Part shown: piece by piece, positions 29,406 to 39,288 of the stretch
Position numbering within the stretch: the stretch's first letter is position 1
Layout of the letters: each line of letters opens with the position of its first letter
DNA from: an uncultured Flavobacteriales bacterium
GTDB taxonomy: Bacteria > Bacteroidota > Bacteroidia > Flavobacteriales > BACL11
Reading direction: 5' to 3'
NCBI GenBank assembly: GCA_905478185.1
Contig: CAJQHO010000025.1
Location: 15,499 to 79,498, forward strand
Length of the DNA: 64,000 bases
The notes under the pieces: model-generated
The model's input: the letters and a program-made list of their open reading frames with translations, nothing else
Databases searched by the model: none
Told to the model about the DNA's origin: nothing
Made by a program: the position numbers and the translations under genes

Positions 29406-30552
29406 ATCCCCCTTTTTTTAAATCTTTCCAATAATTAGAATATGATTTACTTATAACTCCTGGATTACTTATCTGCAACTCTCCAAATTTTAAGGAAAGT
29501 GGAGCAAAACTCATTGCCATTCTATGGTCGTCATAAGTTTCAATTATTTTTGGTGTATTAAGTTTTAGAAGCTCATTTTCTACTGCAGTAATCCTATCTG
29601 TTTCTTTGTTTTTTAAAGTTTGAATTCCTGTAAATTCTGAACCCTTTTTTAAGGCAAAAAGTGTGCATTTTAATGATTGGTAAATATCAGGTGTTTCAAT
29701 GAGATTGTAAGTTTCTGAAGGGCTAATCTTTTTATTTTTTGTCAATATTAAATTCCCATTTTTAAACACTGAATCTACTCCTAAATCTTTAAAAATTTCT
29801 TTACAAGCAGAATCTCCTTGAATAGACTCCTCATTTAATCCTCTTAAGATTATTTTACATTTTTCAGATAATGATGCACTTTGAAACCAAAAAGTTGCAG
29901 CAGACCAATCTGATTCTACAGTGTAGTTTTTTGCTACATATTCTTGCTTTAGAATAGTAATTACTTCCTTGTTCCATGTCCAATTAATTCCAAATTCACC
30001 CATCAATTTTAAAGTCATCAATACATAAGATTTTGAAACTAATTCTCCTTTTATTTTAAGTATTAGACCATTTCTTAAATTAGGAGCGATTAGTAAAAGT
30101 GATGAAATAAACTGAGAACTTATTGTGCCGTCAATTTCTATTTCTCCACCATCAATTTCTGTTCCAATAATTTTTAATGGAGGAGAATCCTCTTTCTCTA
30201 AATATTCAATTTTAACTCTCAATCCTTGTAAAGAATTTACCAACTCTTTTATAGGCCTTTCCTTCATTCTATCCGATCCGTTTAAAATAAATTCTTTGCC
30301 TTTCTGAATTGATAAAAAAGAAGTTAAAAAACGAAAAGAAGTTCCTGCATGAGAAACATTAATTGTTTTTTCTTTAGAATTTAAAGCATTTTTAAGCAAG
30401 ATTGTATCATCAGATTCAGATAGATTTTTAATGAGGAATTTCTCTTTACAAAGTGCTTTAATAATCAATAATCGATTAGATATACTTTTTGATGAGGGCA
30501 AATCTATCTCACAATTTACTACTTTAGTTGGGTGTGAAATTTTATAATTCAT
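29389..30552 (-). CDS. aroA: 3-phosphoshikimate 1-carboxyvinyltransferase (short form)
   Basis: LPSSKSISNR...GTSFRFL...DHRMAMSFAPL motifs. Confidence 0.85.
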   Translation of the reverse strand: MNYKISHPTKVVNCEIDLPSSKSISNRLLIIKALCKEKFLIKNLSESDDTILLKNALNSKEKTINVSHAGTSFRFLTSFLSIQKGKEFILNGSDRMKERPIKELVNSLQGLRVKIEYLEKEDSPPLKIIGTEIDGGEIEIDGTISSQFISSLLLIAPNLRNGLILKIKGELVSKSYVLMTLKLMGEFGINWTWNKEVITILKQEYVAKNYTVESDWSAATFWFQSASLSEKCKIILRGLNEESIQGDSACKEIFKDLGVDSVFKNGNLILTKNKKISPSETYNLIETPDIYQSLKCTLFALKKGSEFTGIQTLKNKETDRITAVENELLKLNTPKIIETYDDHRMAMSFAPLSLKFGELQISNPGVISKSYSNYWKDLKKGGFKISS

Positions 30553-31531
30553 CTGTAGAAAATAAATTATCTACACTACAACTCCCTATGTTTGTAAGTA
30601 AAGAGAAGTTAATTTTCCCTACTTTATTTTTCTTGTCATTCATTAAAAACGGAAGTAAATCTGATTTTTTTGGATTAAAGGGTAAAGAAAAATTAGACAA
30701 AATATAATTTTTGATTTCATTCTTTTTTTCTTGAGAAATTACTGATAATTCTACTTCTAAAAGTATTCCCATTAGCACAGCCTCTCCATGCAAAATAGGA
30801 GTTCCTTTTTCTAAATAATAACTTTCAACTGCATGTCCGAAAGTATGTCCAAAATTCAGCTTTTTCCTTTCTCCTTTTTCATAGGGGTCAGATAAGACAA
30901 TTTTGTTTTTTATATTTATTGAGGTTTCAATTATTTTTTCCCAATTCATTTCATTAAAAGGAACTGAAATAATTTCTTCCCACAAATTCTTATCTGAAAT
31001 GAGAGCATGTTTTACCACTTCAGCAAAGCCAGATTTCAACTGATTTTCTGGAAGTGTTTGTAAAAATTCAGGACTAATAATAACCGATTTAGGATTTGAA
31101 AAAAGTCCTACTTGATTTTTGAAATCTTTAAAGTCAATACCTAGTTTTCCACCAACAGAAGCATCTACCATAGCCAATAAAGTAGTCGGAACTTGTATAA
31201 AATCAATCCCTCTTTTATAAGTAGAAGCTGCAAAACCTCCCATATCTCCAATAACTCCACCTCCCAAATTTATCAATAAGGAATCTCTATCAAAATTATG
31301 TTCTGAAAGTTGTTCCCAAATATAATTACAGCTAGAAATGCTTTTATTTATTTCTCCTGAAATAACCTCAATAATAATTGAGTTTTCCAGTTGAGGAAGT
31401 TTTGGTAAGCAATTTCGTTTTGTATTCTCATCAACTAGTATTGCTACTTTGGAATACCCAGAAATATCCAATTTGGAAAGAGAATTTTCTCCAAGCCAAA
31501 TAGAATAGTTATCTGATTTTATTTCTTTCAC
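30542..31531 (-). CDS. aroB: 3-dehydroquinate synthase
   Basis: GGGVIGDMGGFAASTYKRGI...VDASVGGK...GHTFGHAVE motifs. The GTG at 31531 overlaps the upstream stop as GTGA. The track's ATG at 31564 would overlap by 37 nt. Confidence 0.85.
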   Translation of the reverse strand: MKEIKSDNYSIWLGENSLSKLDISGYSKVAILVDENTKRNCLPKLPQLENSIIIEVISGEINKSISSCNYIWEQLSEHNFDRDSLLINLGGGVIGDMGGFAASTYKRGIDFIQVPTTLLAMVDASVGGKLGIDFKDFKNQVGLFSNPKSVIISPEFLQTLPENQLKSGFAEVVKHALISDKNLWEEIISVPFNEMNWEKIIETSINIKNKIVLSDPYEKGERKKLNFGHTFGHAVESYYLEKGTPILHGEAVLMGILLEVELSVISQEKKNEIKNYILSNFSLPFNPKKSDLLPFLMNDKKNKVGKINFSLLTNIGSCSVDNLFSTDEL

Positions 31532-33147
31532 TCTGTAACTTCTGGCAAAGGGTTTCCGGTACACCCATTAGGATATGCAGTTCCTAAAATTGTAGAAATT
31601 GTTGGGGCAATATCACGAATATTTACTTTTCTATCTGTTTTTCCTTGTGGTATTGCACCTCCCCAGAAAATTAGTGGAACATGTGTATCATAACTATAAG
31701 AAGAACCATGAGTAGTTCCTCCGGAAGACCAATATGATGAGAGCCATCCAGTTTGCAAGCTCACAATTACATCACCCGATCTTTTCTGATTAAAACCTCT
31801 CTGAACTAAAGAATGAAAAGAATTAGAGTATTCATTTTCGTGTAATTGTGTTGCTGTATAAGTGTTTTTTACCCACTTATGTTTCAAGAAAAACTGTGCA
31901 CAATTTCTCTGAATTTCTTCCAAACTTACATTTTTTTCTTCAATCAAATCATGATTTAAAAACAAATGATTATTGGAATAGTTCTTTATCCAATCTCCCT
32001 TTCCGTAAATAGTATTCAGATGAGATAGTAATTCTGTTTTCATGATTGAGCCATCAAAATAACCAGCAGGAATATTCCTTTCTAAAAGTTCATTTGGTTC
32101 TGAAACTACACCATGATCGGCAGTGATAAATACAATTGCATTTTCAAAACCAACTTTACTATTAATTGTTTTTAAGAGTTTGGCTATATCCTTATCCAAA
32201 CGAATATAAGTGTCTTTAATTTCAGAAGCATGAGGGCCATATTGATGACCAATATAATCGGTAGAAGAAAAACTAACTGTTAAAATATCTGTGTTTTTTC
32301 CTTGTCCTAATTTTTCTTTCAAAAGTATTTCAAGTGCCAAATCATTTAAAATAGTATTACCAAATGGTGTCTTTTTTATTGCACTCCCTCCTTTTTGTAT
32401 TAGTAAGGAGTCTAAATTATGAGTGAATTCCCCATCAACTTCCCAATTTCCTTTCAAATAATTTTGAGCCGTATTATTATCATTTATTTCCTGAATATAG
32501 TTTGGGAGATTGTTCATATAAAATGAAGAAGTAATCCATCTGCCCTCAGAATTCATCCAATAAGCAGCATTTGCAGCATGACCAGCAGATAGAATTGCAC
32601 CCCTATCTTTTAATGATATTCCTATAACTTTACTTTCTTCATTGAATAGTTTTAACTCGTCACTAAAGGTTGTAGTTAGCATATGGTGTGGTGACATCTT
32701 CCCGTCAGCAGATTGTACATCTACATTTTTTTGTTCGCAATTACAAACGGTATGCATATCCCCATCTCCTGCACAATATATATAATCTCCTGAGTTTTTA
32801 TCGTACCAGTCATTAGCAATTATCCCGTGTACAGCAGGAGTAGTTCCTGTATAAATACTTGCATGACCAGGACCTGTATATGTAGGAACATATCCGAATT
32901 GTGCATTCCTGAAAAAATGACCTTCATTTATCAGTCTTTTGAAACCATCATTCCCAAAATCTTTCCAAAAACGATATATATAATCGTAACGCATTTGATC
33001 CACTACAATTCCTACTACTAGTTTTGGTTTTGTTATTTCATTCTCTGAACCTACTTGAAGAGAAAAGGAAATTCCTTTTGACTTTTTTTGTGCAAAAGAT
33101 TGAAATCCTGTAAAAATGATAAGTGTAAGTATGAGTGTTTTTTTCAT
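31528..33147 (-). CDS. pafA: PafA-like alkaline phosphatase (nucleotide pyrophosphatase/phosphodiesterase superfamily)
   Basis: Signal peptide. KPKLVVGIVVDQMRYDYIYRF...YVPTYTGPGHASIYTGTTPAVHGIIANDWYDK closely resembles the Bacteroidota PafA N-terminal core, with ITADHG further on. Confidence 0.7.
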   Translation of the reverse strand: MKKTLILTLIIFTGFQSFAQKKSKGISFSLQVGSENEITKPKLVVGIVVDQMRYDYIYRFWKDFGNDGFKRLINEGHFFRNAQFGYVPTYTGPGHASIYTGTTPAVHGIIANDWYDKNSGDYIYCAGDGDMHTVCNCEQKNVDVQSADGKMSPHHMLTTTFSDELKLFNEESKVIGISLKDRGAILSAGHAANAAYWMNSEGRWITSSFYMNNLPNYIQEINDNNTAQNYLKGNWEVDGEFTHNLDSLLIQKGGSAIKKTPFGNTILNDLALEILLKEKLGQGKNTDILTVSFSSTDYIGHQYGPHASEIKDTYIRLDKDIAKLLKTINSKVGFENAIVFITADHGVVSEPNELLERNIPAGYFDGSIMKTELLSHLNTIYGKGDWIKNYSNNHLFLNHDLIEEKNVSLEEIQRNCAQFFLKHKWVKNTYTATQLHENEYSNSFHSLVQRGFNQKRSGDVIVSLQTGWLSSYWSSGGTTHGSSYSYDTHVPLIFWGGAIPQGKTDRKVNIRDIAPTISTILGTAYPNGCTGNPLPEVTE

Positions 33148-33165
33148 TGTTAATCTATTGTTTTA
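33146..33165. repeat. 20-nt exact gene-junction repeat, copy 1 (partner at 53416..53435)
   Basis: ATTGTTAATCTATTGTTTTA (minus strand TAAAACAATAGATTAACAAT) spans an upstream stop and the next gene's start region in both places. Confidence 0.75.
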
Positions 33166-33727
33166 AGAAATAATATTTTGTTGAAGTAATATGATACATT
33201 ATCGAATCTTGATAGACTCCGTTTATATTAAATATTGGAAAAATAGTTGTGTCATTTTGAATTGATGTTATTTGAAGTTCATTAATATCTAATTTATTAA
33301 TTAAAAATTTCTGAGTATTACCATTTTGAAAATTTATCTCTAAAGTATCTGATTTTTTTAAGTAACTATGTTGCTCATCATTGTAAGTAATATCATTATA
33401 ATCTACATATGTTTCTATTAAGCTCTGACTTTCATTAAAACTCCAAATCCTAGACTTAAAAACAGTTGATTCACCGGATGTAATTACGTATTGAAGTGTA
33501 TTTGATATAAAAAGACTTTCATTTACACTGTTATTATAAATAATATTTGTGTTTCCATCAATATAATTTCCTCCAAAAATCCCTTCTTCTAAAAAATTAT
33601 TTTCGACATTAAGATTCCAAGCGTTATTTAGAGAAATTGGTTCTATTACTACTTCATTGTTTCCCTCTTTCTTACAAGAACTAAATAGTATAGGCAAACA
33701 AAGTAATATAAGTAGTAGTTTTTTCAT
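33155..33727 (-). CDS. hypothetical lipoprotein
   Basis: MKKLLLILLCLPILFSSC lipobox. The first 38 nt are 36/38 identical to the 5' end of the esterase gene at 53005. Confidence 0.45.
   Translation of the reverse strand: MKKLLLILLCLPILFSSCKKEGNNEVVIEPISLNNAWNLNVENNFLEEGIFGGNYIDGNTNIIYNNSVNESLFISNTLQYVITSGESTVFKSRIWSFNESQSLIETYVDYNDITYNDEQHSYLKKSDTLEINFQNGNTQKFLINKLDINELQITSIQNDTTIFPIFNINGVYQDSIMYHITSTKYYFLKQ
33690..33727. repeat. 38-nt signal-peptide 5' module, copy 1 (partner at 52968..53005)
   Basis: ATAGGCA[AA]CAAAGTAATATAAGTAGTAGTTTTTTCAT versus ATAGGCA[TG]CAAAG...: 36/38 identical by eye. Encodes MKKLLLILLC. Confidence 0.8.
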
Positions 33728-34401
33728 TTTTTCCTATTTTTAATCGCAAGAACCCCAAGAGATAAACTTACCGCAACTAATACATCTGCCATTGGGGGTA
33801 CTTCAGGCCAAACAAAATTCCAGATACAAACTAGCGCAAGCCATACAAACCAAATCCAATCCAATTTTTTTATTTTCATTTTATACATGTAATAGACTAG
33901 CAAACTTACAAAAAGCCCCCAAAACATACCTCCTAGAATATCAAATGGATAATGTACTCCTAAATAAACTCTACTAAAACCAACCAAAACTGCCCAAGAA
34001 AACAAATGCACAAATCCCCAATAATTCCTGAATAATAAGGATACAAAAAAGGCAATTGCAAAAGAGTTAGAAGCATGTGAGGAGATAAATCCGAAAGGAC
34101 CTCCACAACCATCAACAACTCTTATTGCTTCTAAAAAATGACATGGTCTTGCTCTTTCAAAAACTTCTTTAAAAAGATGAACACTTCCAAAATCTGCTAT
34201 AAAAATTAGCAATCCTAATGCTAATAATATTTTAATGAATTGATTTGAAAATCGTTTGTAAATTAAATATAGTATATAAATATAAAGTGGAATCCAAAAC
34301 CATTTTGAAGAAATAAGAATCATTAGCTGATCCATTTGTTCCCATCCTGCAGGGTTGATTATTCTGAATAAATATTCATCTATTTTCTGCAGCTTCTCCA
34401 T
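33724..34401 (-). CDS. PAP2-family phosphatase (membrane)
   Basis: Polytopic membrane protein. PAP2 motifs KEVFERARP...SSHASN...SRVYLGVHYPFD. Confidence 0.8.
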   Translation of the reverse strand: MEKLQKIDEYLFRIINPAGWEQMDQLMILISSKWFWIPLYIYILYLIYKRFSNQFIKILLALGLLIFIADFGSVHLFKEVFERARPCHFLEAIRVVDGCGGPFGFISSHASNSFAIAFFVSLLFRNYWGFVHLFSWAVLVGFSRVYLGVHYPFDILGGMFWGLFVSLLVYYMYKMKIKKLDWIWFVWLALVCIWNFVWPEVPPMADVLVAVSLSLGVLAIKNRKK

Positions 34402-35399
34402 TACTCATTCAGTTTTTTCCAGATTAAATCTTTCAGTTCTGTAATCCCTTGTTGGGCAACAGAAGAAATAAATAAAGAAGGTAAATCTTTTGGCAATTCT
34501 TCTTTCATTTCAGCTATTAGTTCTTCATCTAACATATCAGATTTACTAATGGCAAGTATCCTGTCTTTATCCAAAAGTTCAGGATTATATTTTTGTAATT
34601 CTCCTAAAAGAATTTCGTATTCCTTTGCAATGTCAGCTGAATCGGCTGGTACCATAAATAGTAGGGTAGAATTTCTTTCAATATGTCGCAAGAATCGTAA
34701 TCCCAACCCTTTTCCTTCAGAAGCTCCTTCAATAATTCCAGGAATATCTGCCATGATAAAGGACTTGTCTCCTCTATAGGATACAATTCCTAAATTAGGG
34801 ACTAAGGTTGTGAACGGGTAGTTGGCAATCTGTGGTTTTGCAGCAGAAATTACCGAAAGTAAAGTAGATTTACCTGCATTTGGAAAGCCTACTAATCCAA
34901 TGTCAGCCAATACTTTTAGCTCTAAAACAAACCAATCTTCAATTACATCACCACCAGGCTGAGAATATCTTGGAGCTTGATTGGTTGGGGATTTAAAGTG
35001 AGAATTTCCTCTTCCACCCATTCCACCTTTTACGAGCGTAATTTCTTCTGCATCATCTGTTATTTCAAATAAGACTTCTCCACTTTCAGCATGCTTAATA
35101 ATTGTACCTAAAGGTACTTCAATATAGCTACTCTCTCCATCTTTACCAAAGCTATTACTTCCAGTTCCATCACCGCCATGGTTAGCAAAGATGTGTTTTT
35201 GATAACGCAAATGAAGTAAAGTCCACATTTGTTTATTCCCTCTGATAATTACACTTCCTCCATGCCCTCCATCTCCACCATCCGGACCACCTTTTGCTGT
35301 GGTTTTATCTCTCCTAAAGTGAGAGGATCCAGCACCTCCTTTACCAGAACGGCAAAAGATTTTTACATAATCAACAAAGTTGGAATTTTTAACTCTCAT
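34401..35399 (-). CDS. obgE: GTPase ObgE/CgtA
   Basis: Gly-rich Obg fold ([19 protein letters not shown]) plus G-domain [17 protein letters not shown]. Confidence 0.95.
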   Translation of the reverse strand: MRVKNSNFVDYVKIFCRSGKGGAGSSHFRRDKTTAKGGPDGGDGGHGGSVIIRGNKQMWTLLHLRYQKHIFANHGGDGTGSNSFGKDGESSYIEVPLGTIIKHAESGEVLFEITDDAEEITLVKGGMGGRGNSHFKSPTNQAPRYSQPGGDVIEDWFVLELKVLADIGLVGFPNAGKSTLLSVISAAKPQIANYPFTTLVPNLGIVSYRGDKSFIMADIPGIIEGASEGKGLGLRFLRHIERNSTLLFMVPADSADIAKEYEILLGELQKYNPELLDKDRILAISKSDMLDEELIAEMKEELPKDLPSLFISSVAQQGITELKDLIWKKLNE

Positions 35400-35972
35400 T
35401 TACAATGTATCAATCACATTATTAAGTTTACTTGCAATGTCTTCTACAGTACCATTACCTTTAATTTCAGATAGTTTATTTTGTGTAGAATAATAGTCTT
35501 TAAGTGGTGCTGTTTTATTATTATATTCATTAATTCGATTTGCAATAATGCTCTCATTTTGGTCGTCTGCTCTTCCAGAATTCTCTCCCCTTGCTAGTAA
35601 TCTTCTTATTAATTCTTCATCTTCAACTATTAAAGAAAGCATAGCTGAAATTGAAGTTCCTTTCTCATCTAACAAATTATCCAGAGCTTCAGCTTGTGCT
35701 GTAGTTCTTGGGAAACCATCAAAAATAAACCCATTTGCATTTGGGTTATTATCTAATTTGGAAGATATCATTCCAATAACAACTGCATCAGGTACTAAAT
35801 CTCCTCTATCCATTAATGTTTTTGCCTTTAATCCTAAAATAGTTCCTGCAGCTATTTCTCCTCTTAATATATCGCCAGTTGAAAGGTGTACTAGGTCATA
35901 TTTGTCAATTAATAAGTTAGATTGCGTTCCTTTCCCTGCACCAGGGGGCCCAAATAATACTAAGTTTAACAT
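35400..35972 (-). CDS. adk: adenylate kinase
   Basis: GPPGAGKGTQ P-loop, GDLVPD, DGFPRT. Confidence 0.95.
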   Translation of the reverse strand: MLNLVLFGPPGAGKGTQSNLLIDKYDLVHLSTGDILRGEIAAGTILGLKAKTLMDRGDLVPDAVVIGMISSKLDNNPNANGFIFDGFPRTTAQAEALDNLLDEKGTSISAMLSLIVEDEELIRRLLARGENSGRADDQNESIIANRINEYNNKTAPLKDYYSTQNKLSEIKGNGTVEDIASKLNNVIDTL

Positions 35973-35983
35973 TGGTTTTTAGT

Positions 35984-36520
35984 TTAGTTTTTTAATTTAA
36001 AAATATGTGGCAAATTACGCCCAATTTCGTCATAATCCAAACCATATCCTACAACAAAATCATTTGGGATAGATTTCCCAATAAAATCAATAGGAATTTC
36101 TTTTGTATAGGCCTCTGGCTTAAAGAGTAATGTAGCAACTTTTATATCTGCCACCTCTTCTTTTTCAAGTAATGATATTATTTTTTCTAAGGTAATACCG
36201 GTATCAATTATATCTTCAAGGATTATGATATTTCTATTTCTAATATCTTGTCCTAGACCAATTAGTTTGCTTACTTCTCCAGTTGTTTGAGTTCCCGAGT
36301 AAGATGAAAGCTTAACAAAAGAAATTTCGGTATTTGGTAGAGTTATCTTCTTCATTATATCTGAAGAAAACATGAAAGAACCATTCAATACAGAAATAAA
36401 TAAAGGATCTTTTATTCTTGCGTTATTTATATTATGAGCCATAGAATGTACTATAGCAGCAATTTCAGTCTCCGGAATAAAAACTTCAAATGTTTTATTA
36501 TGTAAAGTAATTGGTTTCAT
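35984..36520 (-). CDS. hpt: hypoxanthine phosphoribosyltransferase
   Basis: PRPP motif IIILEDIIDTGITL and VVGYGLDY. Confidence 0.9.
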   Translation of the reverse strand: MKPITLHNKTFEVFIPETEIAAIVHSMAHNINNARIKDPLFISVLNGSFMFSSDIMKKITLPNTEISFVKLSSYSGTQTTGEVSKLIGLGQDIRNRNIIILEDIIDTGITLEKIISLLEKEEVADIKVATLLFKPEAYTKEIPIDFIGKSIPNDFVVGYGLDYDEIGRNLPHIFKLKN

Positions 36521-37451
36521 TTAACAATTTCAGTTTCTCTTCCCACATATCTTTGATAGTTAAAAGTTTTCTTTCTGGATTTTGCTCACTTATATTAATA
36601 GATGAGGTAGAAGTGACACCATTAAGCTGATCAACCACAGCTAATCCTTCACCTAATTCATAATAATCTACTGTTACAAAATTAGGGAATTTATTAGTTT
36701 GGGTTTGACAATTTAGAGCTCTATTAATAAAAAATGGATTTGCATTTACATCATTTGATTCATTGTAGAGGCCATATCCTAAGGTAGCATCAGTAACAAA
36801 ATGATTGAAGATAAATAAATCATTTAAAGGATCTCCTCTGTTAAAATCACATGTAAAATCATTGATATTGCCAACACTATAATGCGTTTCTACAGCATAC
36901 TCCCATACATAATGATACCAATCTTGTGAACTACTTGCATCATCAACATCAGAAAAGATAACTAGTCTATTATCATTATCAATCATGTTTTGTAATGTAG
37001 GCCATGTTGCATTATGTGTGTATAAATAATTAGATAATCCTGATTGGTTAATTTCATCCTCTATGTCATTAGTTGTCACATAACATTCTAGTATGATTGT
37101 TATAACTTCATTTGGATTATTATCTAAAAATATTTTGATGTCATTAAATATATCAGATAACGGGATGTATCCCAGGGCAATTATTGAATGATATACCACT
37201 GGAGTGCCAAATAAATCATTATAAACATCAATCATCAAACCTCTAACTCCATCATTTAATTGAGATGCTATATTATAGGTTTGATTAGGAAATAATAATC
37301 CATCTTGATCTGAGTTAAAAGCATTATGTGTTGTTAAATAAGCAACCTCATTATATTGCTTGGAACATAAATCCAATGAACCATTACATTGTGCATGGCT
37401 AATCTGTAGTGAGATCACTAGTAGTAATAATATAGATATAGTTTTCTTCAT
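36498..37451 (-). CDS. secreted PI-PLC X-domain-like phosphodiesterase
   Basis: Signal peptide, then CNGSLDLCSKQYNEVAYLTTHNAFN...GVRGLMIDVY, the pattern of the eukaryote-like PLC-like phosphodiesterase family. Confidence 0.55.
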   Translation of the reverse strand: MKKTISILLLLVISLQISHAQCNGSLDLCSKQYNEVAYLTTHNAFNSDQDGLLFPNQTYNIASQLNDGVRGLMIDVYNDLFGTPVVYHSIIALGYIPLSDIFNDIKIFLDNNPNEVITIILECYVTTNDIEDEINQSGLSNYLYTHNATWPTLQNMIDNDNRLVIFSDVDDASSSQDWYHYVWEYAVETHYSVGNINDFTCDFNRGDPLNDLFIFNHFVTDATLGYGLYNESNDVNANPFFINRALNCQTQTNKFPNFVTVDYYELGEGLAVVDQLNGVTSTSSINISEQNPERKLLTIKDMWEEKLKLLNETNYFT

Positions 37452-37453
37452 GT

Positions 37454-39160
37454 TTAATTATTACACCATACTTTTCTTAAAGTTAATTGCTCTTCTGTTG
37501 GTTTTTTTATTCTTACAAGTTCCAAAAGTTTGTAATGATTCCCAACAGCTAAAGATATGGTTTTTTCTGAAAACTTCTTTTTTATTGTTAAAGTGACATT
37601 CTCTTTACATTCTTTCAAGATGTCTGAAAGTTTTCCTTCAATTTTCTCCCCATTTACTTTTGTAATTTCATCTTCAGGAGCAATTCCTTTTTTATCAGTA
37701 ACCGAATTCGGTTCTACCTTTTTAATAATGATTTTACCATCCTCTTTTACAGCTATAAATCCAAAATATTGAGCAGATAGATTAGGGTTTTTCTTTTCTT
37801 TTAATTCCAAACCAGCTACTTCCAAAACCGTTTTTAAAGTTGGGATGTAATCCTCAGTTCCATAAATATGATTTTCAAAAATTTCAGCTACTTTCAGCCC
37901 TCCAAATTTCACGCATATATTTCTAAAATCATCTTCAGAATATCCTTTTCCTTTAAGTGCAAAATCTTCATAGAGTTCTCTCATTGCAGAGTGTAAACTT
38001 TCTTTTCCATCTGTATTGTTAATGATTTCCAAATCTATCATAAGCATACAAAGTGCAGCATCTGGATAAATAGATGTTTTTCTGTCAGGAGCCCCTAGTT
38101 TGTAACCATCTAACCAATTATCAAAACCACTATCAGCAACCGAAAGATTGAATCTTCCATAGTTTATAAGATGTCTTTCCAAGTTCTGATTTTGAGTTTT
38201 TGCAAATTCCTCCCAATTAAACACTCCAGAATTATATAACATCATATCTCCCATATAAGTTGTAACTCCCTCTGCAACAAAACCAGTTCGGAAATAATTT
38301 TCCTTGGTATAATCGTAAGGGTACATTTCTACTGGTCGGATGGATTTTATATTCCAAGTATGGTAGAGTTCATGAGAACAAACTCCCAATAAATCTTCAT
38401 ATCTTTTATCCATTATTTCTTCTCCAGGACCTAAAAGTAAAACTGTGTTCTTAGTGTGTTCTACTCCATGATAACTTCTGTAAGGGGTGATTTGGAAAAA
38501 GTAATGATATTCATCAACTGGGAATCCGCCAAAGTGTTTTATCTGACTTTTAGTGAAAGCTGTGAAGTCCTTGTTTAATTTTTCCCAATCTGGTTTGCAT
38601 TCCCCTTGAAACCATAAATGAAATGTAATTCCATCTACTTCATATGTTCCGTGCTGTAAAGTATCCGAACAAATAATTGGTGATTCTGAAAGCAAGTCAT
38701 AACCCTTTACCGTAAGCATATTTTCTTCTTGCTCCATTGATGAGGCAATCTTATAATTTTTAGCAATATTTAATGCAATTTTATAGTCTTCTTCCATTCT
38801 ATCCACAATATAGAACATGCAGTGTACAGGATTTAAATACAATTGGTGTTCATCCAAATAACAAGCGCCTGCATCCAATTGGTTGGCATAAAAGTTATAA
38901 GTAACGGTAATTTCCATTGTTCCAGTTGTATCTACTTCCCATAAATCTTTAGTGATTTTCTTAAATGGAAGAGAATTGTTTTTTTCATCAAAAGCAGCCC
39001 ATTTTTGAATGTTTTGAGAGAAATTTGCTAACTCATATCTTCCAGGACGCCAAGCAGAAAGTTGAAACTGCATGCTTTTTGCTCCATTTGTTTTGGTAGT
39101 AAATTCAAAATCAACAAAGTGCCTATGTGGGTTGCTATATGAAATGGAATAACTTATCAT
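37454..39160 (-). CDS. M61 family metallopeptidase (glycyl aminopeptidase-like) with C-terminal PDZ domain
   Basis: HELYHTWN zinc motif in the M61 context. PDZ-like IIKKVEPNSVTDKKGIAPEDEITKVNG. Confidence 0.75.
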   Translation of the reverse strand: MISYSISYSNPHRHFVDFEFTTKTNGAKSMQFQLSAWRPGRYELANFSQNIQKWAAFDEKNNSLPFKKITKDLWEVDTTGTMEITVTYNFYANQLDAGACYLDEHQLYLNPVHCMFYIVDRMEEDYKIALNIAKNYKIASSMEQEENMLTVKGYDLLSESPIICSDTLQHGTYEVDGITFHLWFQGECKPDWEKLNKDFTAFTKSQIKHFGGFPVDEYHYFFQITPYRSYHGVEHTKNTVLLLGPGEEIMDKRYEDLLGVCSHELYHTWNIKSIRPVEMYPYDYTKENYFRTGFVAEGVTTYMGDMMLYNSGVFNWEEFAKTQNQNLERHLINYGRFNLSVADSGFDNWLDGYKLGAPDRKTSIYPDAALCMLMIDLEIINNTDGKESLHSAMRELYEDFALKGKGYSEDDFRNICVKFGGLKVAEIFENHIYGTEDYIPTLKTVLEVAGLELKEKKNPNLSAQYFGFIAVKEDGKIIIKKVEPNSVTDKKGIAPEDEITKVNGEKIEGKLSDILKECKENVTLTIKKKFSEKTISLAVGNHYKLLELVRIKKPTEEQLTLRKVWCNN

Positions 39161-39177
39161 TGTTAAAATTTAAGATG

Positions 39178-39185
39178 CAAACGTA
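39178..39185 (-). promoter_or_regulatory. -7 box (TAnnTTTG) for the M61 peptidase gene
   Basis: Minus strand TACGTTTG upstream of the ATG at 39160. Confidence 0.4.
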
Positions 39186-39288
39186 CAAATTTTAAGATGC
39201 ATAGTTCATGTTTTAAAAATTTGTATTATGTCAATAATATTCATGATGTTTTGAGTAATATTGCAGTCTTAAATAAAAATTTAAAACT

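Noticed and set aside
36498-36575. The C-terminus of the PI-PLC-like protein as a third copy of the LGRE..PLFYIYDDG tail.
   Set aside because: Only a loose positional resemblance (K.L..I.D.....K...N....F). There is no DNA-level identity, and a double stop follows with no IYDDG remnant downstream.
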